A DNA stretch of 64,000 nucleotides from Octopus vulgaris. Lineage: Eukaryota. Under the pieces are notes generated by a model. That model had not been told where the DNA came from, searched no databases, and saw nothing but the letters and a program-made list of their open reading frames with translations. A program made the translations under genes and the position numbers. Location of the stretch: positions 127,100,001-127,164,000 of the forward strand of contig OX597815.1 in NCBI GenBank assembly GCA_951406725.2. Direction: 5' to 3'. This document shows, piece by piece, positions 38,620 through 52,910 of this stretch (the stretch's first letter is position 1; each line of letters begins with the position of its first letter).

Positions 38620-39290
38620 GTGTACATGAGAAATATGGATTCAAAAATGTGTTCTGGGTTCACAGGCAGGTTGGCAGTGAATAAAATTTTTGTATGGGGA
38701 CTACATACAAGAGTGGTTAGTAGTCATAGCAATAACAAAATAAATTCTTTTCAATGCTTGAAAGCCTCTATAGATAGCTTCAGTTACCTAGGAAACCTAA
38801 TCAGCATTGGAGAAGGATGCTCTGAAAGTATAGTCTTTGTTGGCAACAAGAGAATTCTCTCTTCTAGCAAGGAGTAGATTGCATGCGGCTTGTGTATGAA
38901 GTAAAATATTGCATGGTAGAAAGATTTGGGCACTTAATACAGAAGATGTGCAAAGACTGATAGAAAATATAGCGAGCATGTTCCACTGTATGTGTAATGT
39001 TAGTATGCATGGTACAGCTGAGTTGAGATATAAACTAGGTATAAAAAGAATATCTTGTAGTGTGAAAGAATGACAACTGTGTTGGTACAGACATGCATAT
39101 GGAGGATAACAGATAGGTGTAGAATTGCCAGAATGTCTTGAGTGGAATAAAACTATGAAAGAGGAATACCATGCAAGATATTGCAAAAAAATTATAAAAA
39201 CTCATCATTTTATAAAGGATGAGGACAAGGGAAAGTAAGAAATGATGAGATCCAAAAAATGGTATGAAAAGGATCTGTCCAATCATACCT
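38620..39290 (+). mobile_element. Old RTE LINE 3' fragment
   Basis: DSFSYLGNLIS..GCSESI and LHG..W relics; same family as 29540-32645. Confidence 0.65.
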
Positions 39291-39808
39291 GTAATATGTG
39301 TGTGTGTGTGTGTTGTGTATACTGATGCAAACTCAGCATGTCAAGTTGCGTCCCGTTATTTCAAAAAGTTAACTGAGCTGTTTGATAATTCCTGAATTCA
39401 ATGCAGTTGTGTAAAACCTTTGATGGCAGTGCCCCAGACTGACTGCAGTTTATTTACAGAAACTAGTAAAAGAATAACAGATGAAAATTGTGCAGAAGTC
39501 CATCATAATGGGGTAGTAGACTTAATGTCACCTGGATTAAGCTCTTGGGTATCCTTAGCAGAGTCCTTTCTGTTGAAAGCATTCAGCAACCTTTTAAAAG
39601 GTCTGCCATGCTACTTTTCCTTAATTAATAAAAGACATCACTAAAAGTTCTATAAAATAGACCATGCAATAAACTAGTATCACTTCTGCTCACTATATTC
39701 CTCCTTTCCAAAAACCAAGCTATGCTTGGTTAGAAGGAAACGCCATTTCAAAATTAATAGTGTAAAAATTAAAAACAATGAAAATATAATTAATAAATAT
39801 AAACAAAC

Positions 39809-39881
39809 CTTCAGTTAAATCTTCCTTTATTGATATATTGTAAAAACTTTCTTGGAACTGAGGCCCATTGTCATTTACATC
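39809..39881 (-). CDS. Cadherin exon G (DVNDNGPQFQESFYNISIKEDLTE)
   Basis: Acceptor TTCTGTAG, donor GTTTGT, 73 nt, phase 0/1. Confidence 0.88.
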
Positions 39882-40519
39882 CTACAGAACAGTTTAGAGG
39901 TAAAAAACACAGTTAGAAAAGTAAGCAAAGATTTGTTAAGAGGAAGCATTCAGCAATAACAATATCTTACATTATGAAAACAACAAACATACCATTGGCA
40001 CATTTTATACCTTGACTGTGCAACAGTTTAAATCTTCATGTCAATGCATCAGATATAAATTATCTAGGAGCATTTCTTTAAAGGAATATTATACTAGGAA
40101 TGACGTATATGAAAATATATAATTTTGTGTATATAACATAATTTTGTTGTGCACCAGTCTTTGAAATGACGTGTTTTAAAACATATTATCAGTTCAATTG
40201 TGGTATATCTTATACAGAAAACAACTTAATAGCAATGTAAGATTCATTATGATCTATTATAAACAAGATCACAGCACTGGAAAAAGTACCATGTGATATT
40301 TGTTCCAGCCCTTTACATTCTTAGTTTAAATCCTATTGAAGTTAACTTTGCCTATTATTCCACCGAGATTAATAAAATGAAGTACCACTCAAATACTGGC
40401 ATCAAAATAATCAATAAACCCCATCTATCAAAAATTGCTGGCCTTGTATCTCAGATTAAAAACAAAACAATATTAATATGCAATACTAGTCCTAAGAAAT
40501 ATAAGTCAGTTTTATAATT

Positions 40520-41445
40520 ATCAAGTGCAAGTCTTTTGTTTCCTGATTATCCAAAGATCTTTACTGGCATGACATTATACCAGACTCAGTGGTATGGAGG
40601 TATCAGAACACCTAATTTTTCCAGTAAGTTCAACAGGGCATTGATTACACTCCTAGAAAGTCCATGTGGTCAACTGCAAAAGATCTCCATGTACCAGAAG
40701 TTACAATCAGAAAATTTGTCCACGAAGACATCAGATATAAGTCTTATATGATGAGGAAAGGTCAATTTGTCCGAAAAAGCAAAAGAAAATCACTACATCA
40801 GATTTAAAAGGCTCTTAAACAAACTGAAAAAATCCAGTGGAAGAAGATTTGATTTGGTGTTTCTCAAATGAGAAAAACTTCGACCAGTGTCAAAAAAGTT
40901 AACAGAAGAAATGACAGATGGTTATGTGCAGACCCTTCTGAAGTTCCAACTGTTATGCATACAAATTTCCTGCAACTGTCATGGTTTTAGGGGTTGTCAG
41001 CAATAAAGGTCATGTGATGCCTCCTTACTTCTTTCCACAAGGCTTTAGAGTTAACTCTGCCACCTACATTGAAGTCCTGGAAATAATTGTTAAGCCCTGG
41101 ATAGACAGTGTATGCAATGGAAAGCCATATCTGTTTCAGTAAGACTCTGCATTATCACATATGGCTCTAGTAACAGAGGAATGGATGGCTGAAATTTTTC
41201 ATGATTACATAACCCCTAATATTTGGCCTTCTAATTCCCCAATCTATTGGATTATTACACGTGGAGCATTGCTGAAAGAGAGAGGTCAATGAACATGCCC
41301 ATAATACCAAAGATTCTATGAAAGCTGCCATAGTCAGAGTAATGTATAAAATGAATCAGGGCCACTTGATTCGAGCATGTAGATGATTTAGATTCCGTAT
41401 TTAGATCTCAGTTATTGAAGTTGAAGGTGGCTTTATTGAATAACA
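40520..41445 (+). mobile_element. Tc1/mariner DD37D (maT-like) transposase remnant
   Basis: FSNEKNFDQ, NRRNDRWL, GHVMPPYFF, FQ.DSA, WPSNSP..LDYY. Confidence 0.8.
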
Positions 41446-41504
41446 TTTTTTTGAAAAATAAAGTTATTATCTGTTATCATATATCTGTTTTTTATAAAGA
41501 TAAC

Positions 41505-42520
41505 AGTGGAACAGAGGATCACAACAGTGGCGTTGAGGAATTAAGAAACTCATGAGGAATTAACAAACTCACAAGGAATTAACAAACTCATGAGAATTAA
41601 ACAAACTCACAAGGAGTTGTGAAACTCACAAAGGGTTTATCATGCAAATTTTATGGTATACAGAATCGTAATATTATGGAAGATTTGTTGGCCAGTTTGC
41701 TTGAGTTGCGAAAAACAGCAAACAATAACAATTACTATTACAGCAACAAATGCTACAATTAATGAATAAGTCATCACAAAAGGCTGAAAAGATTATGTTG
41801 CACACTCAGTAATAGAATTTAAGTATAAAGCAGACAAAGGAGTCACCTTCGAGGTATATTATAGAAGATACAAAAAAATTTTCAATCAAGAGTGCAGCAG
41901 AACATGAGCATTACATCAATTACGTACTCCCAAAATAACCTTTTGACAGAAACTTTAAAAATACAATAGACATATTGTGTAAAGTTTTTAGCACAAAAAG
42001 CTTCTTGTTCATTACAAGCTGGAAATATTTGAATCTAAAAAAGAACAAGGACTACATCACATATGCTGGAAGAGTTAACAGAGAATGTGAAAAGTTCAGA
42101 CTGGATGAATTAACACCTGATATGTTCAAGTGCCTGATTTACTCAGAGACTAACTGCAGGAAAAGACACAGAAGAACAAGAATTCTTTCTTAGCCGGAAC
42201 AAAATCAAGCTGTAACCTTACAACAAGTGTCAGAAGAGTCTGAAAGAATAGTAAATTTAAGTAACAACACAAACAAAATTGAACATAAAGATGGCACCCA
42301 AGTGAAACGAGAGTAAACCAGGCAGAATAGAAATCAAATGTGTACTAAAATACAGTACAAACAGGACAAAAATCAGGAAACAAACCCATGTTTTGCATGT
42401 GGAGGTTTACACCTGATAAATAACTGCCCCTTTAAGAAAGAGGAATGTTTCCATTGTGGAAAATTTGGACACATAAAAGCACACTATAAAATCAAGATGG
42501 CAAGACATTGGATTACAACA
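41505..42520 (+). mobile_element. Ty3/Gypsy gag remnant, same family as 570-1773
   Basis: ACAACAGTGGCG LTR-end/PBS, ~21-bp tandem GAATTAACAAACTCACAA units, FRLDELTPDMFKCLI, CFACGG.H..CPF..CFHCGKFGHIKAH. Confidence 0.8.
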
Positions 42521-42640
42521 GTATGTATGTCATTATTCAGTTTTATTTAAAGATTTCTTGCCAATAAAGAAAAAGTCAGTTTCTAACCTAGATCCAAGGC
42601 TCCTTCGCTGGAATTTCAACATCAACAATGGGGTATTTTT

Positions 42641-42990
42641 GTATGTATGTATGTATGTATGTATGTATGTATGTATGTATGTATGTATGTATGTATGTAT
42701 GTATGTATGTATGTATGTATGTATGTATGTATGTATGTATGTATGTATGCATGCATGCATGTGTGTATGCATGCATGTATGTATGTATGTATGTGTGTAT
42801 GTATGCATGTGTGTGTGTATGTATGTATGCATGTATGTATGTAGTATGTATGCATGTATGTATGTGTGTATGCATGTATGTATGTATGTGTGTGTGTGTG
42901 TGTGTATGTATGCATGTGTGTGTGTGTGTATGTATTTATGTATGTATGTATGCATGCATGCACTCATGTATGTATGTATGTATGTATATG
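42641..42990. repeat. (TATG)n/(TG)n compound microsatellite
   Basis: Visible directly. Confidence 0.97.
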
Positions 42991-43069
42991 CAGATTTGTA
43001 TGTTTTATTTATGTATTCTCATGCATATAGTTGCATATCTTGACATGCTCATATATATTTCAATGATAA

Positions 43070-45110
43070 ACTTCTGGTAAGTTTTACAGAATTTTACAGT
43101 TCCAGTGATGGAGTGGATCTGTAGTCTTCGAATTAGCTTTCACCTTTCTCATTTTGAGAAGCCTAATTTCTCAAGGTTGGTATTTAGGCAGTGTGTTACA
43201 TATCCCAAGCCCCAATAATTACAGGTATAAATCTGAACTTGTAATATGGATAGAATCAATGCAGATTTCTTAATAGTTCAGCATAGGTGTTTTCTTTCTC
43301 ACTGATCTTCAGCTTTATGTTAACATCCGCTGGAGAGTTAATTTCCACAACTGCACACAATTTCTCTTCTCTACCCAAATCATTATATCAGGTCTGTTGT
43401 GCTTACATTTTTTTGAGGTTTTTACTGAGACATTCCATCAGTACTTCTTTTTATTTTGAGTGGCTATGGCTTGTACTATGCTGTAGGTTCTTATTTCTTT
43501 GTCCTTGGGGTTATCCTTCTGAAGGATTTCATTACATAGTGTTCTAGCTATAACATCATGTCTCATTGGTAGATAATACTGTGACGATACTTTTGGACAG
43601 CTGCTTATGATGTGGGTAATATATTCATAAATTCTGCATCGATTGTCACATTTTACTGGTTTCCTGCATCTGTATCCCTTTTATGCATCAGGTATTTAGT
43701 TTATAAGGCGGTGAGCTGGCAGAATCGTTAGCACGCCGGGCGAAATTCTTAGCAGTATTTCATCTGCCGCTACGTTCTGAGTTCAAATTCCGCCGAGGTC
43801 GACTTTGCCTTTCATCCTTTCGGGGTCGATTAAATAAGTACCAGTTACGCACTGGGGTCGATATAATCGCCTTAATCTGTTTGTCTGTCCTTGTTTGTCT
43901 TCTGTGTTTAGCCCCTTGTGGGTAGTAAAGAAATAGGTATTTAGTTTATATTTCCTGTTCCTGGATTGCAAATACATACTCTTCAAAGTGGGAGGTAGTA
44001 ATCCAGCTATTAGTCCATGACAGACTGCTTTGATGATCAATGTTACTATCATCACAGAGATTTCTACTAACATATCCATGCATAGTCTTCTGCTCATATA
44101 TGATCATCCTTTCATCTAATGATACATTACAGTAGTGTCATGCAACTTCTTTGGGCATGATAATTTAAGGTTATCAGACAAGGAATATTGCTCAAGGAGC
44201 TGCTTTATGATGTTATCAGCCTCAAGTACGCAAACTTGGTCAAGGGATGCACTTCAACACTTGGTTGTTAAAAGATGTTGCTGAAGGGATATGATATGAC
44301 ATTCAAAGACATTTTGGATCGATGTTAAGCCTCTGCTGCCTTGTTTTCATTTTAGGTAGAGGTGATCTATATCACAGTTTATGTGGAAATTATGTGTGCC
44401 TGTTAATATTTTTGGGGTCTTCACATCAAAGGCTTGGATCTCATCAAGCATCCAACCGAGCAGCCCAAATTTTGGTATGCATACTGGCACCAAAAACACA
44501 TTGTGGACCACTGTTTTATTGAATGTAGAGTTCTGAGGTTCAAATTTTCTTTATTCAGCTGTAACATTCATCAATGTTTCAAGCGTCAATGTAGGATATG
44601 TTTTATTCCACCTGAGGTACCTGAAACATTCCTCATCAGACATAGGGGAAACAGTCAAATCATTGCTGGAGATGTTACTTGTCTGGTTTACAGTCTTCTC
44701 TCTTTTCACAACCATATAACAACATTTATCCTGATCAAACTCCAACCCTACATCCTTTGAGAATATTGTAAATAGTTCAAAGCTCTTTTTCATCTCAAGT
44801 GTATTCTTTGCATAAAGTTTTAAGTTGTCCACAAAGAAACAGTGTGTAATTTTGATATTTCTGTTTCCTCATGAATCAGTGAGATACCCTTCAAACTTCC
44901 TTAACATGAATGACAAGGGGTTTACAGAAAGTATAAACAACATCACAGAGAGACTGTCCCCTTAGAATATGCCTTTGTGATACTGCATTCTATCAGTGAT
45001 AATACAGTCATATTTTGTGTTTAATTTCAAGATTGTGGTCCACAATGAAGTCATGGCTTTGATTATGCTCACTGGAAATTTAGCAAGGTGAAGGGTGTGT
45101 GTGAGTGAAT

Positions 45111-45156
<46 letters not shown>

Positions 45157-45940
45157 ATGTGTGAGTGTATGTATGTATGGTGAGTAAGCAAATGATAGAA
45201 AGTAGCACCCAGCACATTTGTTTGGAATCACATATACTTCATAATAGTTTGACTCAGTTCCACATGAGTTTCATGGATAGGAGGATACATTCTCTCAACA
45301 ATCAGAGGCAGAGTGGTGGGTTTGAAAGAAATTCAAGATGGCTTCTAAGTGTTTAGGCCGCTATTGTTCAGTTAGTATCACATGGTATTAGTGCTATCAA
45401 ATTAACACCAGTTATTTTTTCTAAGGTCCATGTGTTTGGATATGATGTCAGCAAGATGCTAGTGTCCCTTTGATAATGGGCTGTGGCATAGTATATTAAA
45501 TGACATCAATTCTGTGAACTGAGTACTGCATGTTGTAGGGTAAGATGTTGGCACAAGTCCAGTAATCATTCAGTGGAGTTTGAACATATTGGCAGCAGTT
45601 TTACGTTGATGATGTGTGATCAACATGGTGGGTTGTAGCCTATATGGGCAGTAGGAATAAAATATCCTTCCCTTGTGTGTATGCGGTAGCAAAACCTAGA
45701 ATGGGAGATTTGGGTTTTATGTGGCTAGCAACTTGAAATTCATAAAGCAGGCATACTTCTAGTGGCAACAATAAAGTTGTAGGCTGTCATGCCCATATAT
45801 AGTGTCTTACAATGCCCTTTGGATAGTGTGAGAGTGATTTTTTAGATTGGTATGATCCTTTCAGCAGGAAGTTGGCAGAATTTCTAAGTCACAGGTGTAG
45901 GTTGGTGGCTGTGTAGTTGTGTGTTTGTGCCTATTGTGAC
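43070..45940 (-). mobile_element. Old RLE-type (R4-like) LINE remnant
   Basis: KGIF.GDSLSVMLFILSVNPLSFML, FVDNLKLYAKN, GLEFDQDKC; heavily decayed, boundaries approximate. Confidence 0.65.
43706..43934 (+). mobile_element. Young tRNA-derived SINE with Meta/CORE-type central domain and 16-bp TSD
   Basis: GGCGGTGAGCTGGCAGAATCG..GAGTTCAAATTCC..GCCTTTCATCCTTTCGGGGTCGAT..AAGTACCAG; AGGTATTTAGTTTATA at 43690-43705 and 43935-43950; CpGs retained. Confidence 0.9.
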
Positions 45941-46884
45941 ATGCAATGTTTAAAGCTATATTATCTAGACACATGAGTAGCTGACATTGATGTTATTCCT
46001 GATGTTAGTTAAGAAGTATTTCCCAAGAAGCCATACATATTATAAAACTCTTCAACCCAACATAACACCTTTTATTTAATTGGCAAATTAATCACAAGAA
46101 GAAACTTTCTCCAAATGGAAGCTATTAAATTTATTATTTACATTTCTATACTGTAGCAAAAAGGATAATTTGGTATTAAAACAATAGTTACAAATCTGTG
46201 TTTGAACAGAAGGCATTTTCTTTGAAATTATAACAATGCAAGAAAGACTCAGACAAAGATTAAGTATTAACTCAGTTAATATTCTAAATAACATGAATAC
46301 ACAAATTGGATGCAAAAAGATGAGTGAACATGGTACATAAAGATTATCCTTTTCTTGACTATTAATTAAGAGAAAATTTCTTTTATAACTCCAATTAATG
46401 TTGACAATTTGGACCAGCCTACTAATGAAATTTTGTATCTGTTTATAGAGAGAAACAGATTTCGTTGATCTTAACAAAAATTGAAATATAAATTCTAGCA
46501 AATGATAGAAAATAATGCTATGCATTTTATGCTTGAGAAGTTAGAAAGGTAACTAAAGACTGATTCCTCAACACATTCTGAAACTTAAGGCTAAATAAAA
46601 AATACTCTTTTATATGTTACAAAACTATTCACTTGTCTTACTCTTGGCAAAATATATCATAAGATAAAATATTGGATTTCTTTTTAAAATAACTTCTTTG
46701 ATTTTTGAGATATCATTCCAAACTAATCTATATGTCATTCCAAAGATGTCGACAGCTACACAAATATAGCTCCATGACCTAAGTACAAGATTCAATCCTG
46801 ATTTAATATAATTAACGACTTTACCCTTAATTCAATATTTTTACAATGTCAAAATGTTAGAAATACTAGATTTTTAGTACTCAC

Positions 46885-47118
46885 CAATACAGTGATATTA
46901 ACAATGGCAGTATCTTCCTTGACTGGTTTACCATTATCTTCAGCTTTGACTACTAACTGGATGACATTATGAGTCAGGCTTTCATAATCTATATTTGATG
47001 GAGTAATAATTCCATTTTGTGCATTTATGGAAAAACTGTTTGAAAGGCTTTGACTAGCATTTACTATTGAATATTTTACTTGAGAATTACCTGAATTCTC
47101 TTTATCAGCATCAGTTGC
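46885..47118 (-). CDS. Cadherin exon F (ATDADKENSG...IDYES...AEDNGKP...NITVL)
   Basis: Acceptor CACTATAG, donor GTGAGT, 234 nt, phase 0/0; not in the ORF track. Confidence 0.9.
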
Positions 47119-47439
47119 CTATAGTGAAAGAGAAATCAACAAGAAATTACTCTTCAAACCAACCACTTTTACAAAATTAATACATAATAATTACAATAGA
47201 GAATTCCCCAAAACTGATCTGTCTCATGAGTTACAACCACTTTAGAAGAGGAAAACCAGCATGTGTGTGTGTGTGTGTGTATGTGTGTGTGTGTGTATGT
47301 GTGTGTGTGTGCATGTGCAGGTAGATAGTATTTGAGGACAGATTTTGTGGTTTCAAAATTGGTAACAGAAAAAAATTGTATTTTTATGAAAATAACATCA
47401 ACATAAAGCTAACTTATCAATTTAATAATTTCATCTAAT

Positions 47440-48142
47440 AAAACCACCATAAGCATCAATAAGTGTGATGCTACGTGGAGTCAAAATCATTTACAAGCTC
47501 GGATTAAGTTGTCCCTGTTCATATCAGACATGACTTAAACTATGGCGCCGTTCAAAGAATTTTAAGTCCTATGGAGGTGCTCATCGAGATTTTTGTCAAT
47601 GATACTCCAAAGACAGTAGTCCAGCAGATTGAGATCTGGAGAATTAGGAGTTTAAATGGTGGGAGTGATGTGATCATGCAAATTGTTGGCCATCCATTCT
47701 TGTGTCATTTGAGCCTTGTGTGATGATGCAGAATCTTGCTGAAAGACATAAGGCCTTCCATTGCATACACTTTTGATCCAAGGCTTAACAACTTTATCCA
47801 GAACTTCAATATACACAGCAGCATTAACCATAAGGCCTTGTGGAAAAAAGTGAGGAGGCATCACATGTCCTTTATTGCAAACAACACCCAAAACCATGAC
47901 ACTTACAAGAAATTTTGTGTGCATTACTCTTGAAACCTCAGAAGGGTTTGCATATAGCCATCTGTCATTTCTTCTGTTAGTTTTCTGGTCTTGGTCAAAG
48001 TTTTTCTTATATGAGAAAAACCAAATCACACCATCTTCTGATGGATTTTAAGTTTGTTCAAAAGCCTTTTGGATCTGATCAAACAGTTTTCTTTTGTTTT
48101 TTCTGACATGAATTGACCTCTCCTCATTACGTAAGATTTGTA
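47440..48142 (-). mobile_element. DD37D (maT-like) transposase remnant
   Basis: KNFDQDQKTNRRNDRWL, GHVMPPHFF, FQQDSA, NSPDLNLLDY. Confidence 0.85.
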
Positions 48143-48645
48143 TCTGACTGGCTCCTGTGCTGGTGGCATGTAAAAGCACCATTCGAGTGTGGTCGTTGCC
48201 AGTGCCGCCTGACTGGCTCCCATGCTGGTGGCATGTAAAAGGCACCATTCAAGCATGGCCAATGCCAATATCACCTGACTGGCCCATGAGCCAGTGGCAC
48301 ATAAAAAGAATCTGCTATACTCTAGGATTGGTTAGTGTTAGGAGGGGCATCCAGCTGTAAAAACATTGCCAGATTGGACTGGAGCCTGGTGCAGCCTTGT
48401 GGCTCGCAAGCCCTCAGTCAAACCATCCAACTCATGCCACCATGGAATGCGGACATTAAACAATGATGATGATGATGATTATCATCATCATCATCATTTA
48501 ACGTCCGTTTTCCATGCTAGCATGGGTTAGACGGTTCGACCGGAGTCTGGTAAGCCATGGAGGCTGCACCAGTCTCTAGTCTGATTTGGCAGTGTTTCTA
48601 CAGCTGGATGCCCTTCCTAACGCCAACTACTCCGTGAGTGTAGTA
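48143..48645. mobile_element. Two RTE 3' UTRs joined tail-to-tail
   Basis: Plus copy ends in (GAT)n at ~48479; minus copy begins with (ATC)n at 48481. Confidence 0.85.
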
Positions 48646-51150
48646 TATATATTTTTTAAGTTAAATTTTCTTATAAAGTATGTTTTTAAGCCTGCTTCAC
48701 AATATATGGGCTGTATTAAGAAGTGCTCATTGCGAGCTAAATCAAAGGATAAGAGAAATTATAGAAGTAACACATCTAAGTAATCAATAAAAATTTCAAA
48801 GTATAATTTAAAGCACACAGTAAATAAATATACATATAAATTTATATAAATAAGTGAATAAAATTACATGTAAAAACCATGCATTATGTACGTTGGGTTC
48901 AGGTACCAAATGGAGAAGTGACAAATAAAGAGACAAAGCTCCAAGGTAAAAGCTTCCAAAAGGAATAGTTCCAATCAATTAAGAATTTGATGTTTATGTG
49001 AATTGTTGGATAAGAGTTCAAAATTTTTAACTTCAGGGGTAAATAAATTTGGTAAAAATATATAAATTCAGGTAAATTTTAGGGGTACATTAAATGTATA
49101 AATGGCGTTTAAAGTGTTTCATATACAGAAACATAATGCCCTCCCCACATTAGGATGGTTTCCTTCATGATGAAATCCTACATAATAGTAATTTGATAGA
49201 TTAAAAAAGGAAGAGAATTTCTTTTATTTTTTAATATATTTTCAAAGCTCATATGCAAATTATGTTACACTGGCAAGAATGGAAGGCTCTAAAGTTCATA
49301 GTCAAGAATTCAAATATCAATAAGTTTCAAGAAATTATATAACCATGACCTACATATGTCTCTACTGCAGAAACTGCACATTGCTCTGTATGCAATTATG
49401 CATCCTAGTTGTTGCAATTTCCTCAAGGGTCTATCATTTATGACATTTTCAAAGTGAATGCATATACATACATATATATGTGTATGAGTGTGTGTGTGTG
49501 TGTGTATGTGTGTGTGTTTTAAAAGTAAAGTTTAAATTTAAATTCAAAATTTAAACTTTGTGTTAGCTGTTTCTCTAGTAGAATGCTGATGGTGTCATCC
49601 ATGATAATTGCACAATCATTGCTGGCTCTATGTCAGGAATTCCTCAGTAAAAACAATAGATGCGAAAGATAGAATATACTAGAAACTTTATTGTCACAAT
49701 GATCGTTTCAACATATCATGCAACTCTCCCATACAGCTGGGAGACTATACAATGAAATATGATGCACCACATGGGGCAGAAGCATCTCTTTAGGTGATGC
49801 AACACAGTTTCTCATTACATAAGTAATATTTCACTTTTCATATCAACTAGAGCATGTTGATAGCAGCCATATTTAAGATACATTGAGTAGGAACTGCAAA
49901 GAATAAATCAAGTGCTAAGCTGTGGATACAAACAGGATGTAATTAAGAAAATAATACAATGTAAAGATTAAGGAAAATAAAGTATACAATAAATTAAAAT
50001 AAAACAAATCCATTAAGTGTGTCAATATCTGTCTTGCTATTCTGGAAATGAGCTGGTGGTAATAAATCCTTTGATAGTTAGCCATCCTTGCCAACATGAC
50101 ATCATATGGCCAGACATCATTCCGGGTGGTAGTAAGGTCATAACACTTACTATTTGGCACACATCTATATCCCAACATACGCCTATTTACACAAATATGT
50201 ACTCACTCACACACACACACACATTTATACATGCATGTGCACCATTTCACATACATACACAGACTTATCAATATTTCTTTACATCAATAGGCATATAGAT
50301 GTGTATGCATCCACATATACATATATAGTTATAAACATACACACACATATACAGGCATATATACATATATACACACATGCGAGAGCACAGACACACTTAT
50401 GTCTGCTTGCACATTAATCACTATTTGGGTTCACACTAATACTAGTGCTATGACAAATACTTACATACAAATTTATACATACAGACTTAGTTGTCTGCTC
50501 CCACTGGATGTAGTTATGTATGATTTTGACCTTGCATGAATGCCTATATGTGTATGTGTAGAGAGAGACACACACCACATACAAGCCCACACATCGATGA
50601 CTGTATTTATAGAGATATACATACATGCTTATAGATATATATACACGTATATATATTCAGAAGATGAACATTCGTGTATAAGAACATAAATACTTGTATA
50701 TTTACAGAACAAATTTACATGAAGTATAAAAGGTACATAAAACTAAGGGGAGGAAGCATGGTATTTCAGGTCTGATAGCTGCTGCTAGGAGCTTGGAATT
50801 ATGTAATAGTTGTAATATTGGGAATACGCAAAAAGTGAAAAATATTCAACCAGTAGTGGATGCATATAAACATTACTGCCAATCCTGCCTTTGTTGACCA
50901 AAATTATCATTGGCTCTGTTTTTCAATACTGGGTTGGGTAGTTTACAATATGATATTTCTCAGTCAAACATTAACAGCAGCATTTTGATCTGCCCAAGAG
51001 AGTTTATACAATATCAATACACTCACCCATATCTTTTCTTTGCCAAATTTGTTTTCAGAATGATGCATAATTTTCTTTGTGATGGCTCTTGAATGAGCTC
51101 ATTGTTGGCATAGTCAGCTCTTAAATTTGTGGGTTTTTTAAAGCCTATGC

Positions 51151-52316
51151 ACAGGATGTTTGGGCCAAATTTGACACTTTTTATATCTCCTTTTATCAGG
51201 AACATCTTGATGTATTGGTGAACAGTCATTGGTGTTGGAGAGAGCATTAAGATTAAAGCTGTAGTTGAGAAAAAGATAACTGACACAGAGGACTGGACGC
51301 TTTCTGAATATTGGAAAAATTTACCTGTATCATGATGGTCCACACCAGGTAAGAAAATGCTGATACCATGACTGTTGCTCAATGCTCTGTGAACACTGTA
51401 AAGGCTGTAAGATGTGACATGGACAGTTGCGTGGTCAGTAGGAAGGGACACAACAGGCATTCTGATTGTGTCTGCATTCCATGATTAATCCCAAAACTAC
51501 TGGACTAGATAATGGAAGATCTGAGCAAAAGAATCAGGACTTTGGCAAGAGAAATGGGCATTAGACTCACCACCAAGAACTGCTCGACAAAGGCAAAAAA
51601 GCTCCTGAAAATGCTGAGGTATCATGTTGAGCCAGGGATGATCTGGTTCTTCTCAGATGGAAAGAACTTCTGCCAAAACTAGTTACACAACATCCAGAAC
51701 ACCAGGTATCTTGCCTACAATTCATGTGATATTCTACATATGAAAACCAGTTCCTCTAAACTGTGATGGTCTTTGGGTGTATCTTCAGTGAGGGTGACAT
51801 CATGTCAACCCACTTCTCTGAACAAGGCCTTAGGCTCAATTCAGACAGCTATGTAAAGCTACTGGAGACAGTGGGCAATCCTTGGCTAGAGAGTATTGCT
51901 GCTGGAAGGCCATATGTGTGGTAGTAGATTTCAGCTCCCTGCCATACCTCCAGAAAGAGTTAGAAGTGGTTGTCAGAGAATTTCTACATCAAAAGCCCCA
52001 ATTTCCTGTCAACTAATTCCTCCCATATGTAATCTCACAGAGCATGATTGTGAAAAACACTAACCACTCTGCCTGCAACATCAAGGCTGAGCTGGTGGCC
52101 AAGATGAAGGTGGTATTTGAAGATCTTCTCAGGGACACAGTGAGGAATGCATGAACCAGGTTCTGGAATCACTTTGAGGCTGTGCTGGAAGCTAAGAGTG
52201 ACTACTTTGTATAAACTGTTATCTTGCAGTTATAATCTAGTTGATATTTTTAGATGAGATATTTTGTTTTGTTTTCCTTTTGTGCAAGCTGTCAAATTTA
52301 CCCACAAACACCCTGT
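51151..52316 (+). mobile_element. Full-length decayed DD37D Tc1/mariner element with TIRs
   Basis: Left ACAGGATGTTTGGGCCAAATTTGACA versus reverse-complemented right ACAGGGTGTTTGTGGGTAAATTTGACA; WFFSDGKNFCQ, VMVFGCI.SEGDIM. Confidence 0.82.
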
Positions 52317-52910
52317 CTAATACAGCACAGCAAATTCTGTTCTCAATTGTATTTGTCTGATATGCAATGTATTTAACTTGCACACTGATTATCCAGAGGA
52401 ATAGATTACTTATTTTAATAATTACATCTATTTTTCATTTGGTTCATATCATTTAGAAAGATTTTAAGTTTATGCGATGAAATGATTTTTATAGGTCTTA
52501 TGGAATTTTTATTATTTTTGTTCAATTTGAAGTTTATCATTGTAGAAGGATCTCTTGACTAAAGAAAAGATTGTTTCATCATAGATGTTATAATAATTTA
52601 GTTAAATGGCAGATTGTTCTAGATTATATTTTAATCTCCAGTGCAGATTTTTGCTATCTATAGAGGTTATAGAATACATTACTGTGTTTTTCAAGCAATT
52701 ATGTGCAAGAACCTAGTTTTCTCTCATCACAAACAACAATAAAAAATACAGAAAAAGAAATAAAGCCTGGTTTAATCCATTGGATAAAAAGCTGAATGCT
52801 AAAAAGTGTTGACAAGAATAATTTCTGTAATTATATGAGACTACAGTGAAATCTATTTCATGCAAGCACGTCAAGACAATGGAATAAAATACAGACAATG
52901 AATAACTTAC

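Noticed and set aside
42533-43080. Long MYVC/HTYI ORFs
   Set aside because: Artefacts of the (TATG)n microsatellite.
49640-49820. Hammerhead ribozyme at a Penelope-like end
   Set aside because: The core is degenerate (CTAAAGAG instead of CTGAnGA) and I could not build convincing stems by eye.
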